Shown piece by piece: positions 9,628 to 19,317 of a DNA stretch of 64,000 nucleotides; position 1 is the first letter of the stretch; every line of letters starts with the position of its first letter. The notes beneath the pieces were generated by a model. It was given only the letters and a program-made list of their open reading frames with translations. It did not search any database and was not told the DNA's origin. The stretch covers positions 768,001 to 832,000 of the forward strand of contig CAWGYA010000008.1 in NCBI GenBank assembly GCA_963826715.1. The letters run 5' to 3'. This stretch comes from Candidatus Bathyarchaeota archaeon. Lineage in GTDB: Archaea; Thermoproteota; Bathyarchaeia; Bathyarchaeales; Bathycorpusculaceae. The position numbers and the translations under genes are program-made.

Positions 9628-10392
9628 ATGAAAACTCTTGTTACTATTGGTCGCGGTGGAACAGGAAAATCCAGCTTCACCGCTTTGATGGCGAAATGTT
9701 TCATTGAGAAAGGTCATGCGCCGCTGCTTCTAGTTGATGCTGACCCAGATCAGAATTTGGCTGAGATGCTGGGTGTTGACCTCAAAGAAGCAGGAAAATC
9801 TACTATAGCCGAACTCTTGGTGAATACCTTCATAGAGAAAGGTGGCACGACAGTCGGTGTTCCTCCAACAGAGCGTATAGAAAGTCGTATTTGGGAAAAC
9901 GGGTTGTATGAAAGCAAAAATTTCGATTTTATTTCTGTAGGCACTAAATGGATTGAAGGTTGCTATTGTATGCCTAATTCCGCGCTTAAGGGTGCATTGG
10001 AATCTTTAACTAAAAACTATAAATACATTCTAGTTGATTCGCCTGCGGGTTTGGAAAACCTTAACAGACGTATAACATCAGATGTCGATGACATCTTTGA
10101 TATACTGGATCACTCAAAGAAATCTCAAGATCATGTGCGCCGCGCTTATAAAATCGCAAAAGAAGTGGATATGAAATTTAAGAATTTCTACCTTGTTGGA
10201 GGCTATAGATTCCCAGCAGAATTGGGTAAAGTGGCCGAAGAGGACTTGAAATTTAAGTACCTGGGCAAAATCGAGGCAGATGAACACTTGGACGATTACG
10301 TTTTGAACGGGAAATCACTGCTTGAGTTACCTAACGAAAATAAAGCGTATCTTTCTGTGCAGAAAATCCTTAACAGTTTAGGTTACCTGTAA
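9628..10392 (+). CDS. Second CooC/AcsF-family maturation ATPase
   Basis: GRGGTGKS, VDADPD, EGCYC motif, DSPAGLE; immediately upstream of cdhA. Confidence 0.85.
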   Translation: MKTLVTIGRGGTGKSSFTALMAKCFIEKGHAPLLLVDADPDQNLAEMLGVDLKEAGKSTIAELLVNTFIEKGGTTVGVPPTERIESRIWENGLYESKNFDFISVGTKWIEGCYCMPNSALKGALESLTKNYKYILVDSPAGLENLNRRITSDVDDIFDILDHSKKSQDHVRRAYKIAKEVDMKFKNFYLVGGYRFPAELGKVAEEDLKFKYLGKIEADEHLDDYVLNGKSLLELPNENKAYLSVQKILNSLGYL

Positions 10393-10415
10393 GCGCCGCT
10401 TTTTTTACATAACTT

Positions 10416-10520
10416 TTTTTAAACCTTTCTTTTCTATCGGTCATACCTGACTTTTGCAAAAAGAATCTGGAAAGGTTTAAAAAGATAGTAAGAAGGTTTA
10501 GATGTAAACCTTTACTGAGG
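10416..10520 (+). promoter_or_regulatory. cdh operon promoter region with BRE/TATA-like element, repeated AAGGTTTA motifs and RBS
   Basis: GAAAGGTTTAAAAA at 10470-10483 and its exact reverse complement at 10416-10429; AAGGTTTA-n4-TAAACCTT at 10493-10512; GAGG at 10517-10520 before the TTG start. Confidence 0.5.
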
Positions 10521-10528
10521 TTTCCAAT

Positions 10529-12877
10529 TTGACCACTAAAAACGTCCGTGTAAAAATAGACGAAATGAAGACCAACTCTGGTCTCATTAAAAACCTTGAG
10601 TTATCCATTGGCAAAGTTATTAATGACAACTATAATGAGCCGATGGGTCCAACTCCTATGCCCTCTATAACCGCTCTCCGCGATTGGGACATGAAGCTTC
10701 TTAATAAGTACAAGCCTTTCTATATGCCCGATTGCGATTCATGCTGTCTTTGTACTTTTGGTAAATGTGACTTGACAGCTGGAAAACGTGGAGCTTGCGG
10801 TTTAGAAATAGGGGCGCAATCATCCCGTATTGTGATGTTAGCATGTGCAATTGGAGCAGCATGTCACACAGCACACTCAAGGCACTTAGTTCATCATTTG
10901 ATCGAAAAATATGGCCGCAGGTATCCCTTAGATGTCGGCGGATTGAATGTGAAAGTTGAAGCGCCAGTCTGTCGCCTTGTAACTGGTATTAAGCCTGAAA
11001 CACTCGGCGATCTGGATGATATTTTAACTTATACAGAAGAGCAGATTACCCAAATTCTTGCAACTGGACACACCGGTCAAGAAAGCAACAACTTAGACTT
11101 TGAATCGAAAGCACTCCATGTCGGTATGGTTGATCATGTAGGTATGGAAGTTGGCGATATCGCTCAAATTTCAGTATTCGGGTATCCAAAAGCTGACCCT
11201 GAAGCGCCACTCGTAAAACTTGGCATCGGTAGTGTTGACCGCACCAAACCCGTCATTATGTGCATCGGCCACAACGTTGTTCCCTCTATCGGAATAATTG
11301 ACTATGCAAAAGAAACCAAAGTTGATGAAAAAATCGAAGTAGTCGGTTTATGCTGTACAGCCCATGACATGACGCGTTACTACAACCGTGCAAGAGTTGT
11401 TGGTCCAATCAGTTGGGAACTTAGATTCATTCGTGCAGGTTTAGCAGACGTAGTGGTGCTTGATGAACAATGTATCCGAACTGATGTTGCAGAAGAAGCT
11501 GCAAAAGTTAATGCACCAGTTATTGCAGCCTCGGAGAAGAACTGTGTTGGCTTCAAGAATCGTACCAATGATCCAACAGACGAAATAGTTTCTGATCTTG
11601 TCAGTGGCAAAGTCAAAGGTGTTCTAGTTCTTGATCCTGAAAAAGTTGGCGAAGTTGCTGTTCGTGTTGCTCAGGCAGTTGCTCCTGTTCGTAAACGTAA
11701 AACTGTGCTTCCAAGTGCAGAGGAAGTTGTGGCAATTGCTAAGGCTTGCACGCAATGTAAGCAATGTCAACGCAACTGTCCACAGGACCACGCTGTTCCA
11801 GCAGCCATTAAAGCGGCAGCTGCAGGTGATCTCTCACTGTTAACGGACCTCTATGAAGTTTGTATCGGATGCGGAAGATGCGAACAATCGTGCCCACAGA
11901 AAATCATGATACACAGCCTTATCGTTAAAGCAGGCGAAAAATCGATGGAATGCGAAGACAATCTTTGCCGAGTAGGCAGAGGTGCAGTCTCAGACGTCGA
12001 AATCCGCAATGTTGGCAGCCCAATTGTCCTGGGAGAAATCCCTGGCATCGTAGCAGTCATAGGATGCAGTAACTATCCGAAAGGCGGGAAAGACGTTTAT
12101 GATATATGCAGAGAATTCGCTAGCAGACGATACATTGTTGTATTATCCGGCTGTTCTGCCATGTCAGCAGGCAGCTACCGTAATAGCGAAGGCAAAACCC
12201 TGTATGAAGAATTCCCAGGTGGATTTGAAGCAGGAGGAGTCCTCAATGTTGGCTCTTGCGTAGCAAACAGCCACATCGCAGGTGCAGCAATTAAAGTTGC
12301 GAACATCTTCGCAAAACGCCCACTTAGAGGAAACTATGAAGAAATCGCAGACTACATACACAACCGTCTCGGCGCAGTCGGCTTAGCCTGGGGTGCATAT
12401 TCACAGAAGGCAGCTGCAATTGCATCAGGCTTCTGGCGCTTAGGTATACCCGTCTTAGTTGGTCCGCACGGAAGCAAATACAGACGTATGCTCCTTGGCC
12501 GGAAAGAAGACCCGTCAAACTGGGAAGTTCTCGATGCACGCACAGGCGAAACTGTCAACGTTGGTCCCGCGCCAGAACACCTCTTCAACGTATCTGAAAC
12601 CAAAGAAGAATGTATGGTTCAGATCGCAAAACTCTGCATCAGACCTAACGACACCTGGAAAGGGCGCAGCATTAAATTGAGCCACTATGTTGACCTCAGC
12701 AAACGCTACTTAGGCGTCATGCCAAATGATCTGCATCTATTTGTGAGAACAATGGCTGATGTCCCCATGACTATGAAAGATGAATTCGAGAAAATCTTGG
12801 CAGCAAACAACTGGAAAGAAACAGTAATTCCAGATCCAACTCTGCTTCCGAGAATGGTACGGAAAATGAAGGAGTAA
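10529..12877 (+). CDS. cdhA: CO dehydrogenase/acetyl-CoA synthase complex alpha subunit
   Basis: CCLCTFGKC, IGHN, GLCCTAHD, two CxxCxxCxxxCP ferredoxin motifs, GCSN, VGSCVAN; TTG start. Confidence 0.97.
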   Translation: MTTKNVRVKIDEMKTNSGLIKNLELSIGKVINDNYNEPMGPTPMPSITALRDWDMKLLNKYKPFYMPDCDSCCLCTFGKCDLTAGKRGACGLEIGAQSSRIVMLACAIGAACHTAHSRHLVHHLIEKYGRRYPLDVGGLNVKVEAPVCRLVTGIKPETLGDLDDILTYTEEQITQILATGHTGQESNNLDFESKALHVGMVDHVGMEVGDIAQISVFGYPKADPEAPLVKLGIGSVDRTKPVIMCIGHNVVPSIGIIDYAKETKVDEKIEVVGLCCTAHDMTRYYNRARVVGPISWELRFIRAGLADVVVLDEQCIRTDVAEEAAKVNAPVIAASEKNCVGFKNRTNDPTDEIVSDLVSGKVKGVLVLDPEKVGEVAVRVAQAVAPVRKRKTVLPSAEEVVAIAKACTQCKQCQRNCPQDHAVPAAIKAAAAGDLSLLTDLYEVCIGCGRCEQSCPQKIMIHSLIVKAGEKSMECEDNLCRVGRGAVSDVEIRNVGSPIVLGEIPGIVAVIGCSNYPKGGKDVYDICREFASRRYIVVLSGCSAMSAGSYRNSEGKTLYEEFPGGFEAGGVLNVGSCVANSHIAGAAIKVANIFAKRPLRGNYEEIADYIHNRLGAVGLAWGAYSQKAAAIASGFWRLGIPVLVGPHGSKYRRMLLGRKEDPSNWEVLDARTGETVNVGPAPEHLFNVSETKEECMVQIAKLCIRPNDTWKGRSIKLSHYVDLSKRYLGVMPNDLHLFVRTMADVPMTMKDEFEKILAANNWKETVIPDPTLLPRMVRKMKE

Positions 12878-12892
12878 ATGGAGGAGAACTAT

Positions 12893-13438
12893 ATGTCCTG
12901 TGAACCATGGCAATGTGCAGAAATAGCATCAACTAAAAAAGCAAACCCCATCCAAAAGCCCGAGATAGCAGTTGCAATGATCAAAAGAGCCCAACGCCCC
13001 CTTCTTATTGTGGGCAGCAACGTTACTGAACGTTGGATGGAGGGCAAACCAGCAATCGAATACATCATTGACTTTGCAAACGCAAGCAAAGTTCCAGTTG
13101 TAGCAACCGCCCATATGGTGGGCGAATTCATCAAACGCGGTTACCAGCCTGCTGGTTTCATGAATGCAATGGAAATTAGTCAACGCGTCGGCGACCCAAC
13201 CTGGATGGGTCTGGACGGCAAAGGTCACCCAGATCTCGTTATGTATGTTGGTATGCCCTACTATATGGAAGCACTTATTCTATCTGGTCTCAAGCATTTT
13301 GCACCAACGCTCAAAACCATGACTCTTGATAATATGTATCATGTGCATGCTAGCTGGTCTTTTCCCAACGCAACCCTTGAAGAGTGGGCTGTAAATCTCA
13401 AAGTAATGACCTCAAAATTTAATGAAGGAGGAAATTAA
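12893..13438 (+). CDS. cdhB: ACDS epsilon subunit
   Basis: AMIKRAQRPLLIVG, W-GLDGKG-DLV, LSGLKHFAP; GGAGGAG RBS before ATG 12893 (the track uses 12878). Confidence 0.93.
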   Translation: MSCEPWQCAEIASTKKANPIQKPEIAVAMIKRAQRPLLIVGSNVTERWMEGKPAIEYIIDFANASKVPVVATAHMVGEFIKRGYQPAGFMNAMEISQRVGDPTWMGLDGKGHPDLVMYVGMPYYMEALILSGLKHFAPTLKTMTLDNMYHVHASWSFPNATLEEWAVNLKVMTSKFNEGGN

Positions 13439-13440
13439 AA

Positions 13441-14859
13441 ATGTCAATGTTTAAAGATATACCTGTTGAAGTTGGCGTAATATACGAAGGCGAACGTATC
13501 CGAAGAAATGACATGCAAGTAGAGCTCGGCGGACCCACAGTTAAAGAAAAATTTGAACTCGCTAAAGTAAAACCCATGGACCAGGTCGATGATGGCAAAA
13601 TTACCATCATAGGCCCAGACTTAAAAGACCTCAAAGAGGGCGGTGCATATCCGTTCGGCATTCTTGTTGAAGCAGCAGGTGCTAAACTCGATGCGGGTCT
13701 TGAAGGTGTCATTGAAAGGCGCATTCACGGTTACCTCAATTACATTGAGGGCTTCATGCACCTAAACCAGCGTTATGACATTTGGATACGCATCGGCAAA
13801 AAAGCCTTCCAGAAAGGCTTAAACAGCTTTGAGCCAATCGGTAAAGTTCTCTATCGTCTCTTCAAGAGCGAATTGCCAATCATCGAAAAAGTGCAGATAA
13901 CATTCGTAACTGACACTGCTAAACTCAACGAAATGTTCCCAGATGCAGTTCAATCATATGAATCACGCGACGCAAAAGCTCGTGGACTCAAAGACAGTGA
14001 AGTTGACACATTCTATGGTTGCGCTCTATGCCAATCATTCGCACCCAGCCACGTATGCGTTATTACACCCCAACGATACAGCAATTGCGGTGCCATCAGC
14101 TGGTTTGACGGCAAAGCCTCAGCAAGCATCGACCCGAAAGGTCCAGTTTTTGCAATTCCAAGAGGCGAAATGATTAATGAAGAAAAAGGCGAATTCACCG
14201 GTGTTAACGAAGCAGCAAAGAAACGTAGCATGGGCGAAGTTAACAAAGTCTGGCTTTATACAGCCTTTGATCACCCACACACTTCATGTGGATGCTTCGA
14301 AGCAGTAGCTTTCTACATCCCAGAAGTTGACGGCTTAGGCATAGTACAACGTAACTTCAAAGGCGCAACGGTAAACGGCTTGCCCTTCAGTACCATCGCA
14401 GACTCTGCGGCAGGTGGACGTCAAATTGACGGATTCCATGGTATGTCCATCGAGTATATGCGAAGCAAGAAATTCTTTGCAGCAGACGGTGGATGGAACC
14501 GCATCGTTTGGGTGCCTAAAGAAGTAAAAGATCGCGTTAAAGAATTCATCCCGGCAGAAATCGTTGATAAAATTGCAACTGAAGAAGATGCAAAGAATGT
14601 TGAAGAACTCCAAGCTTTCCTGAAAGCAAAGAATCATCCAGTGGTTGCAAAATGGGAAGCAGAAGCAGCTCCAGAAGCCCAAGAAACGTCCGTTGTACAG
14701 GTATCTGAGGAAGCAGCAGGTACTATGATGCCAGTTATGTCTGCAGGTACAATGCCAATCATGGCTGGTGGCTTTAAGATAATTCTTAAAGACGCAAAGA
14801 TCTATGCAAACAAAGTTATCATTCAAACCCTCGACAAAGACGGCAAAGACAAACGGTGA
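13441..14859 (+). CDS. cdhC: ACDS beta subunit (acetyl-CoA synthase)
   Basis: YEGERIR, ERRIH, FYGCALCQSF, HTSCGCFE A-cluster ligands. Confidence 0.97.
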   Translation: MSMFKDIPVEVGVIYEGERIRRNDMQVELGGPTVKEKFELAKVKPMDQVDDGKITIIGPDLKDLKEGGAYPFGILVEAAGAKLDAGLEGVIERRIHGYLNYIEGFMHLNQRYDIWIRIGKKAFQKGLNSFEPIGKVLYRLFKSELPIIEKVQITFVTDTAKLNEMFPDAVQSYESRDAKARGLKDSEVDTFYGCALCQSFAPSHVCVITPQRYSNCGAISWFDGKASASIDPKGPVFAIPRGEMINEEKGEFTGVNEAAKKRSMGEVNKVWLYTAFDHPHTSCGCFEAVAFYIPEVDGLGIVQRNFKGATVNGLPFSTIADSAAGGRQIDGFHGMSIEYMRSKKFFAADGGWNRIVWVPKEVKDRVKEFIPAEIVDKIATEEDAKNVEELQAFLKAKNHPVVAKWEAEAAPEAQETSVVQVSEEAAGTMMPVMSAGTMPIMAGGFKIILKDAKIYANKVIIQTLDKDGKDKR

Positions 14860-14865
14860 TTCTTT

Positions 14866-16092
14866 ATGACTCACCACGACACAGACAAAAAGAAAGAAGC
14901 TGACGGGCTACAGCTCAGTGAAGAGCTCTTGGCGGCCCTGGCTAAATTCAAGCAAATAGAGCTTGAAGATTTCCAGATGGACGTTAAAGATCTCGAAATA
15001 ATCTTTGAGCCAGGAATGGCTGGGCAAATTATGCCTAAACTGAAGCTTCCCACAGCTATTGCAGGCGGCAAACCTGTTAGTATGCTTTCAAGAGCTTTCA
15101 TGCCTCCAGTTGAGAAATACGTTAACACAATCAGTACAGTCAAACTTGGCGCAACTAAAAGCGAAGGCGGCACACGCGGTAAAACCTACACTATCGGCGG
15201 AGAGCTCTCTCCTGCTTTCTATACTTTTGAGAACTCTATCCCGCACAAGCCAATTGTTACCTTAGACGTTTTCGATATGGAAGTTCCCCTATCCAAAGCG
15301 GTTAAGATGCACGTTAAAGAAGTCGTCGGCGACCCAGCAGCTTGGGCAAAACTTGCGGTCGAAAAGTTCGGCGCAGATATGGTAACAATGCACCTAATCA
15401 GTGTTGACCCCTTGTTAAAGGATGCATCACCCAAAGACGCATGCAAAACCATCGAAAAAGTATTGCAAGCAGTTGATGTACCACTTGTAATCGGTGGATG
15501 TGGTGACCCAGTTAAAGACACCGCGCTATTCGAAGAAGTGTGTGCACAATTTCCAGGTGAACGCTTTCTCATAAGTTCAGTCACTCGCGACATGGATGTT
15601 GACAAATGCGGCGAATTCATCAAGAAATCAGGTCATGCAGTTCTCGCATTTACACCAATGGATCTTAATTTTGCACGCGAATTAAACCGGCACCTCTTTG
15701 ATCACTTAACACGCGAAGACATCATTATGGACTTAACAACCGCAGCTTTAGGTTACGGTTTAGACTATGCTTTTACTAACATGGAACGTGCACGTATCGG
15801 CGGATTAATGGGTGATGTTGAATTGGCGCAACCTATGTCTTCTGGTACAACTAATGCATGGGCAGCCCGTGAAGCTTGGCTTAAGATGTCAGCTGATTGG
15901 GAACCCCGCGAGCTTAGAGGTCCACTTTGGGAAGTCACAACTGCACTCACTCTGTTAACGGCAGGTGTGGATTTGTTCATGATGATGCACCCCGCAGCCG
16001 TCAAAACCCTCAAAGACGTAATCAACTACCTGACAGCTAACAAGAAAGCCGACCCAGCAAAGTTTCTTGATTGGGTCAAGGTAAAGGCTTAA
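14866..16092 (+). CDS. cdhD: ACDS delta subunit (corrinoid Fe-S protein small subunit)
   Basis: LGATKSEGGTRG, AVDVPLVIGG-GDP, ALGYGLDY, GTTNAWAAREAW, MMHP. Confidence 0.96.
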   Translation: MTHHDTDKKKEADGLQLSEELLAALAKFKQIELEDFQMDVKDLEIIFEPGMAGQIMPKLKLPTAIAGGKPVSMLSRAFMPPVEKYVNTISTVKLGATKSEGGTRGKTYTIGGELSPAFYTFENSIPHKPIVTLDVFDMEVPLSKAVKMHVKEVVGDPAAWAKLAVEKFGADMVTMHLISVDPLLKDASPKDACKTIEKVLQAVDVPLVIGGCGDPVKDTALFEEVCAQFPGERFLISSVTRDMDVDKCGEFIKKSGHAVLAFTPMDLNFARELNRHLFDHLTREDIIMDLTTAALGYGLDYAFTNMERARIGGLMGDVELAQPMSSGTTNAWAAREAWLKMSADWEPRELRGPLWEVTTALTLLTAGVDLFMMMHPAAVKTLKDVINYLTANKKADPAKFLDWVKVKA

Positions 16093-16098
16093 GGAGCG

Positions 16099-17532
16099 AT
16101 GACTGATATGGCAGAAAAGAAAAAAGGCGGAATAAAAGAACTCAGTCCAATAGCTATCTACAAGAATTTACCCAAAACTAACTGCAAAGAATGCGGTCAA
16201 GACAACTGCATGGCATTCGCTACAAAAATTGTCAACCGTGAAGTCGAACTCGAAGCATGCAAGCCAGTGCTAAAACCGGAATTCGCAAAACAGTATGCTA
16301 CACTAAAAGATATGCTCAAACCAGCTGTTAAAGAAGTAACCATCGGTGTTGGAGAGAAAGCTAAGAAAATCGGCGGCAAACTTGTCATGTACCGCCATGA
16401 GCTTACCTACAAGAATCCAACAGCAATAGCTATCGACGTAACTGACGAAATGCCTGAAAACGAACTTGTCGCCCGTGTACAAAAGACTGAAAATTTCAGC
16501 TTTGAATACATTGGTAACACCCTCAAACTTGACATGATTGCAGTTCGATGCACCTCTGACGATGCCGACAAATTCAAGGTATGCGTTAAGAAGGTCTCCG
16601 AAGCCACCAAACTACCCTTAATACTCTGCTCTATGAACCCTCAAATCATGGAAGCAGGCATTATGGCAGCACCCAAAGTACGCCCACTTCTGTATGCAGC
16701 AACTACAGCAAACTGGAAAGAAATGGCTGAACTCGCAATTATGTACGATGCCCCGCTGGTTGCCTCATCACCAAATGACCTAAACAGTCTCGTCTCATTA
16801 GCAAAGACTCTGCAAGATTATGGCGTTAAAGACATAGTTCTTGATCCAGGCACTTTTGCAAACGAAGGTCTGCAAGACACAATCAACAATTTCACAATGC
16901 TACGACGCGCAGCCACCAAAGCCGGCGATGACTTAGCTGGCTTACCTCTATTGGGGGTTCCAATGGCAGCTTGGGCTAACAAAGGTGAAACCGCAGACGA
17001 CCTAATCAAATGGCGCGAATCATACATCGCATCAATGCTAATTGTCCGCTATGCAGACGCACTCATTATGCACGGCAACGACGGCTGGTCATTACTTCCG
17101 CTTGTAGTTCTACGCCAAAACATTTACACCGACCCGCGCAAACCCGTCGCAGTTGCACCAGGCCTAAAAATCTACGGCACCCCAGACGAGAACTCACCTG
17201 TCATGTTCACCTCAAACTTCGCATTAACCTTCTACACCGTAGCCTCAGACATCGAAAGCAACAAACTAAATGCATACCTAATCGTTGTAGACGCAGAAGG
17301 CAGTGCAATCGACAGCGGAGTTGCAGGACGAAAACTCACAGCTGAGAAAATTGCGGATGCAATCAAAACCTCAGGTATCGAAAGCAAAGTTAAGCATCGC
17401 GTAATCATCAGTCCAGGAAAGGCATCCCGTATCAGCGGTGAAATCGAGGAACTCAGTGGCTGGAAAGTTCAAGTTGGACCACGCGACAGCAGTGAGATAC
17501 CTAAATACATAATCGATAAATGGCAACCATAA
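16099..17532 (+). CDS. cdhE: ACDS gamma subunit (corrinoid Fe-S protein large subunit)
   Basis: LPKTNCKECG-NCMAFA Fe-S motif, RQNIYTDP, TSNFALT, W-V-VGPRDSS. Confidence 0.96.
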   Translation: MTDMAEKKKGGIKELSPIAIYKNLPKTNCKECGQDNCMAFATKIVNREVELEACKPVLKPEFAKQYATLKDMLKPAVKEVTIGVGEKAKKIGGKLVMYRHELTYKNPTAIAIDVTDEMPENELVARVQKTENFSFEYIGNTLKLDMIAVRCTSDDADKFKVCVKKVSEATKLPLILCSMNPQIMEAGIMAAPKVRPLLYAATTANWKEMAELAIMYDAPLVASSPNDLNSLVSLAKTLQDYGVKDIVLDPGTFANEGLQDTINNFTMLRRAATKAGDDLAGLPLLGVPMAAWANKGETADDLIKWRESYIASMLIVRYADALIMHGNDGWSLLPLVVLRQNIYTDPRKPVAVAPGLKIYGTPDENSPVMFTSNFALTFYTVASDIESNKLNAYLIVVDAEGSAIDSGVAGRKLTAEKIADAIKTSGIESKVKHRVIISPGKASRISGEIEELSGWKVQVGPRDSSEIPKYIIDKWQP

Positions 17533-17536
17533 ACCA

Positions 17537-17590
17537 TTTTCTTTTTTCCTTTTTTTAATTTTTTAGTGGTTCAGAACTTCTTTTTTAACT
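17537..17590 (+). terminator. Oligo-T terminator of the cdh operon
   Basis: Several T-runs (TTTTCTTTTTTCCTTTTTTTAATTTTTT) directly after the cdhE stop. Confidence 0.65.
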
Positions 17591-17787
17591 GCTTGGTTTT
17601 CTAGATTTTGGTGATTTTTGTTGGGTTGGTTCAGCATCTTTATTTGAGTTGTTCGTATGTCTCAACCCTGACTTGCTTTAACGTTTCTTGTGTTAAAATT
17701 ACCATAGGTTTTACTTAAATTTGTACTAAAAATTGATAAACCCCCCTTGTTTACTACATGCTTACTTAACGCGAGAAGGGAATAAAA

Positions 17788-19269
17788 ATAGGCTGCGGCA
17801 TCTTTGGTGCAATAAATTATGAAAGTCAACCCGTTTTCCCTTATATTTACTGGGGACTAAGGGCACAGAATCATCGAGGTCACCAATCGCATGGTTTCCT
17901 CACTTTCAATAATAAACAATATTTTACCTATAAAAACCTCGACCTTGTGCCGAAAGTTAAAAGCACCGCAATAACTGAATGGTTTGGGCGATTGCCTGGA
18001 CATATAGGCATAGGAAATGTTCGCTATACCACATCAGGCAAATGTGATGAAGTTTCTATACTCCAAGGCACACAACCAGTCACAGCCTCGGTGGATGGAA
18101 TCAAACTTGCGCTATCCTTCAATGGCAATATTGTGAACACTTTGCCACTTAAGAAAGAGATGAGCGAGAATTTTTCTGATTTCTACTATAACTGCGATTC
18201 TGATATCGTCTGCCACAAAATGTTACTAGCCCTCAAGCAGGGAAAAGATTTGGCGGAGGCGGCAAGGTACGTTATGGAAAGCCTAGATGGCGCGTTTTCT
18301 GTAACAGGAATAACAGGTGAGGGTGACTTTTTTGCTTTCAAAGATCCTCATGGCATAAAGCCCCTTTGTGCTGGACATGATCCTGAAGGCAAAACCTTAG
18401 CTTTTTCCTCCGAGACAGTAAGTCTTGACATGAACAGTTTTGTGCGTGATTTTGAATTAAATCCTGGAGAATTCGTGCTGGCTACCAAAGATGGCTTTAA
18501 GCGAAGCCAACTTATTAACAATCCCCGTCCAGCTTTCTGTGCTTTTGAATATGCTTACTTCGCTAGACCTGACTCACGCTTTGACGGCAAATATGTTTAT
18601 GAAATCCGCGAGGATTTTGGACGTAACATCGTAAAAGAAAACCCTGAAGTGGTTAAAGACGGTGACATTATCATGTCGGTGCCAGAAACCGGTGATGACT
18701 CCGCGATGGGGGTCCATGAAGAGTCAGGATTGCGGTGGGAACGTGCTTCTAGGCGGCATCGCTATGTTACTGAACGTGCCTTCATTTTGCTTAATCTGGA
18801 ACGGTATTCGACGATTGATAAAAAAATCAACATTTTAGGTCCCAAAGTTAAAGATAAACGTGTTATCATCACTGAAGACAGCGTAGTCCGGGGTGACACA
18901 ACCAAAGTTATAATCGAAAAGATGCGCAAGGCAGGTGCCAAAAAGGTCTATGTTTTTGTGACTTTTCCCCGCATTATAGGACCCTGTTTCTATGGCATCG
19001 ACATGTCTAGTTACGGGCAACTTATCGGCTCCCGCAACAACTCTGAAGAGATCGCTAAAATTATTGGAGCCGACGGTGTTTGTTACCAATCCATTGAGAG
19101 CTTAATTCACGCTACAGGGCAGACCGAGGATCAACTTTGTTTAGCCTGCATTACTGGTAAATATCCTACACCGTGTGCTCAGAGGATGGCTGATGCCATG
19201 AAGAGACGCTTCATAGAAGGCTATGAAGAGAAAGGCAGAATTTATGAGAACGAAGAGTCTCAGCCGTAA
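17788..19269 (+). CDS. purF: Amidophosphoribosyltransferase (Fe-S type); frame extends upstream of the track's GTG and apparently starts at ATA
   Basis: In-frame upstream translation (ATA)-G-CGIFG...QNHRGHQS from 17788; CAFEYAYFARPDS, EDSVVRGDT, CFYGIDM, CLACITGKYP; in-frame TAA at 17767-17769 with no ATG/GTG/TTG before the Cys codon. Confidence 0.92.
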   Translation: MGCGIFGAINYESQPVFPYIYWGLRAQNHRGHQSHGFLTFNNKQYFTYKNLDLVPKVKSTAITEWFGRLPGHIGIGNVRYTTSGKCDEVSILQGTQPVTASVDGIKLALSFNGNIVNTLPLKKEMSENFSDFYYNCDSDIVCHKMLLALKQGKDLAEAARYVMESLDGAFSVTGITGEGDFFAFKDPHGIKPLCAGHDPEGKTLAFSSETVSLDMNSFVRDFELNPGEFVLATKDGFKRSQLINNPRPAFCAFEYAYFARPDSRFDGKYVYEIREDFGRNIVKENPEVVKDGDIIMSVPETGDDSAMGVHEESGLRWERASRRHRYVTERAFILLNLERYSTIDKKINILGPKVKDKRVIITEDSVVRGDTTKVIIEKMRKAGAKKVYVFVTFPRIIGPCFYGIDMSSYGQLIGSRNNSEEIAKIIGADGVCYQSIESLIHATGQTEDQLCLACITGKYPTPCAQRMADAMKRRFIEGYEEKGRIYENEESQP

Positions 19270-19317
19270 TTGCTTTAAGCGTTCCCTCACAGAATAGTGC
19301 AGTAACGGTGTATCTGG

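Noticed and set aside
10529-17532. Many short antisense or alternate-frame ORFs within the cdh genes (e.g. 14335-14877, 15219-15623)
   Set aside because: Shadows of highly conserved genes with no recognisable motifs
17947-19269. purF starting at GTG 17947 as a truncated gene
   Set aside because: The conserved CGIFG N-terminus is in frame from 17794
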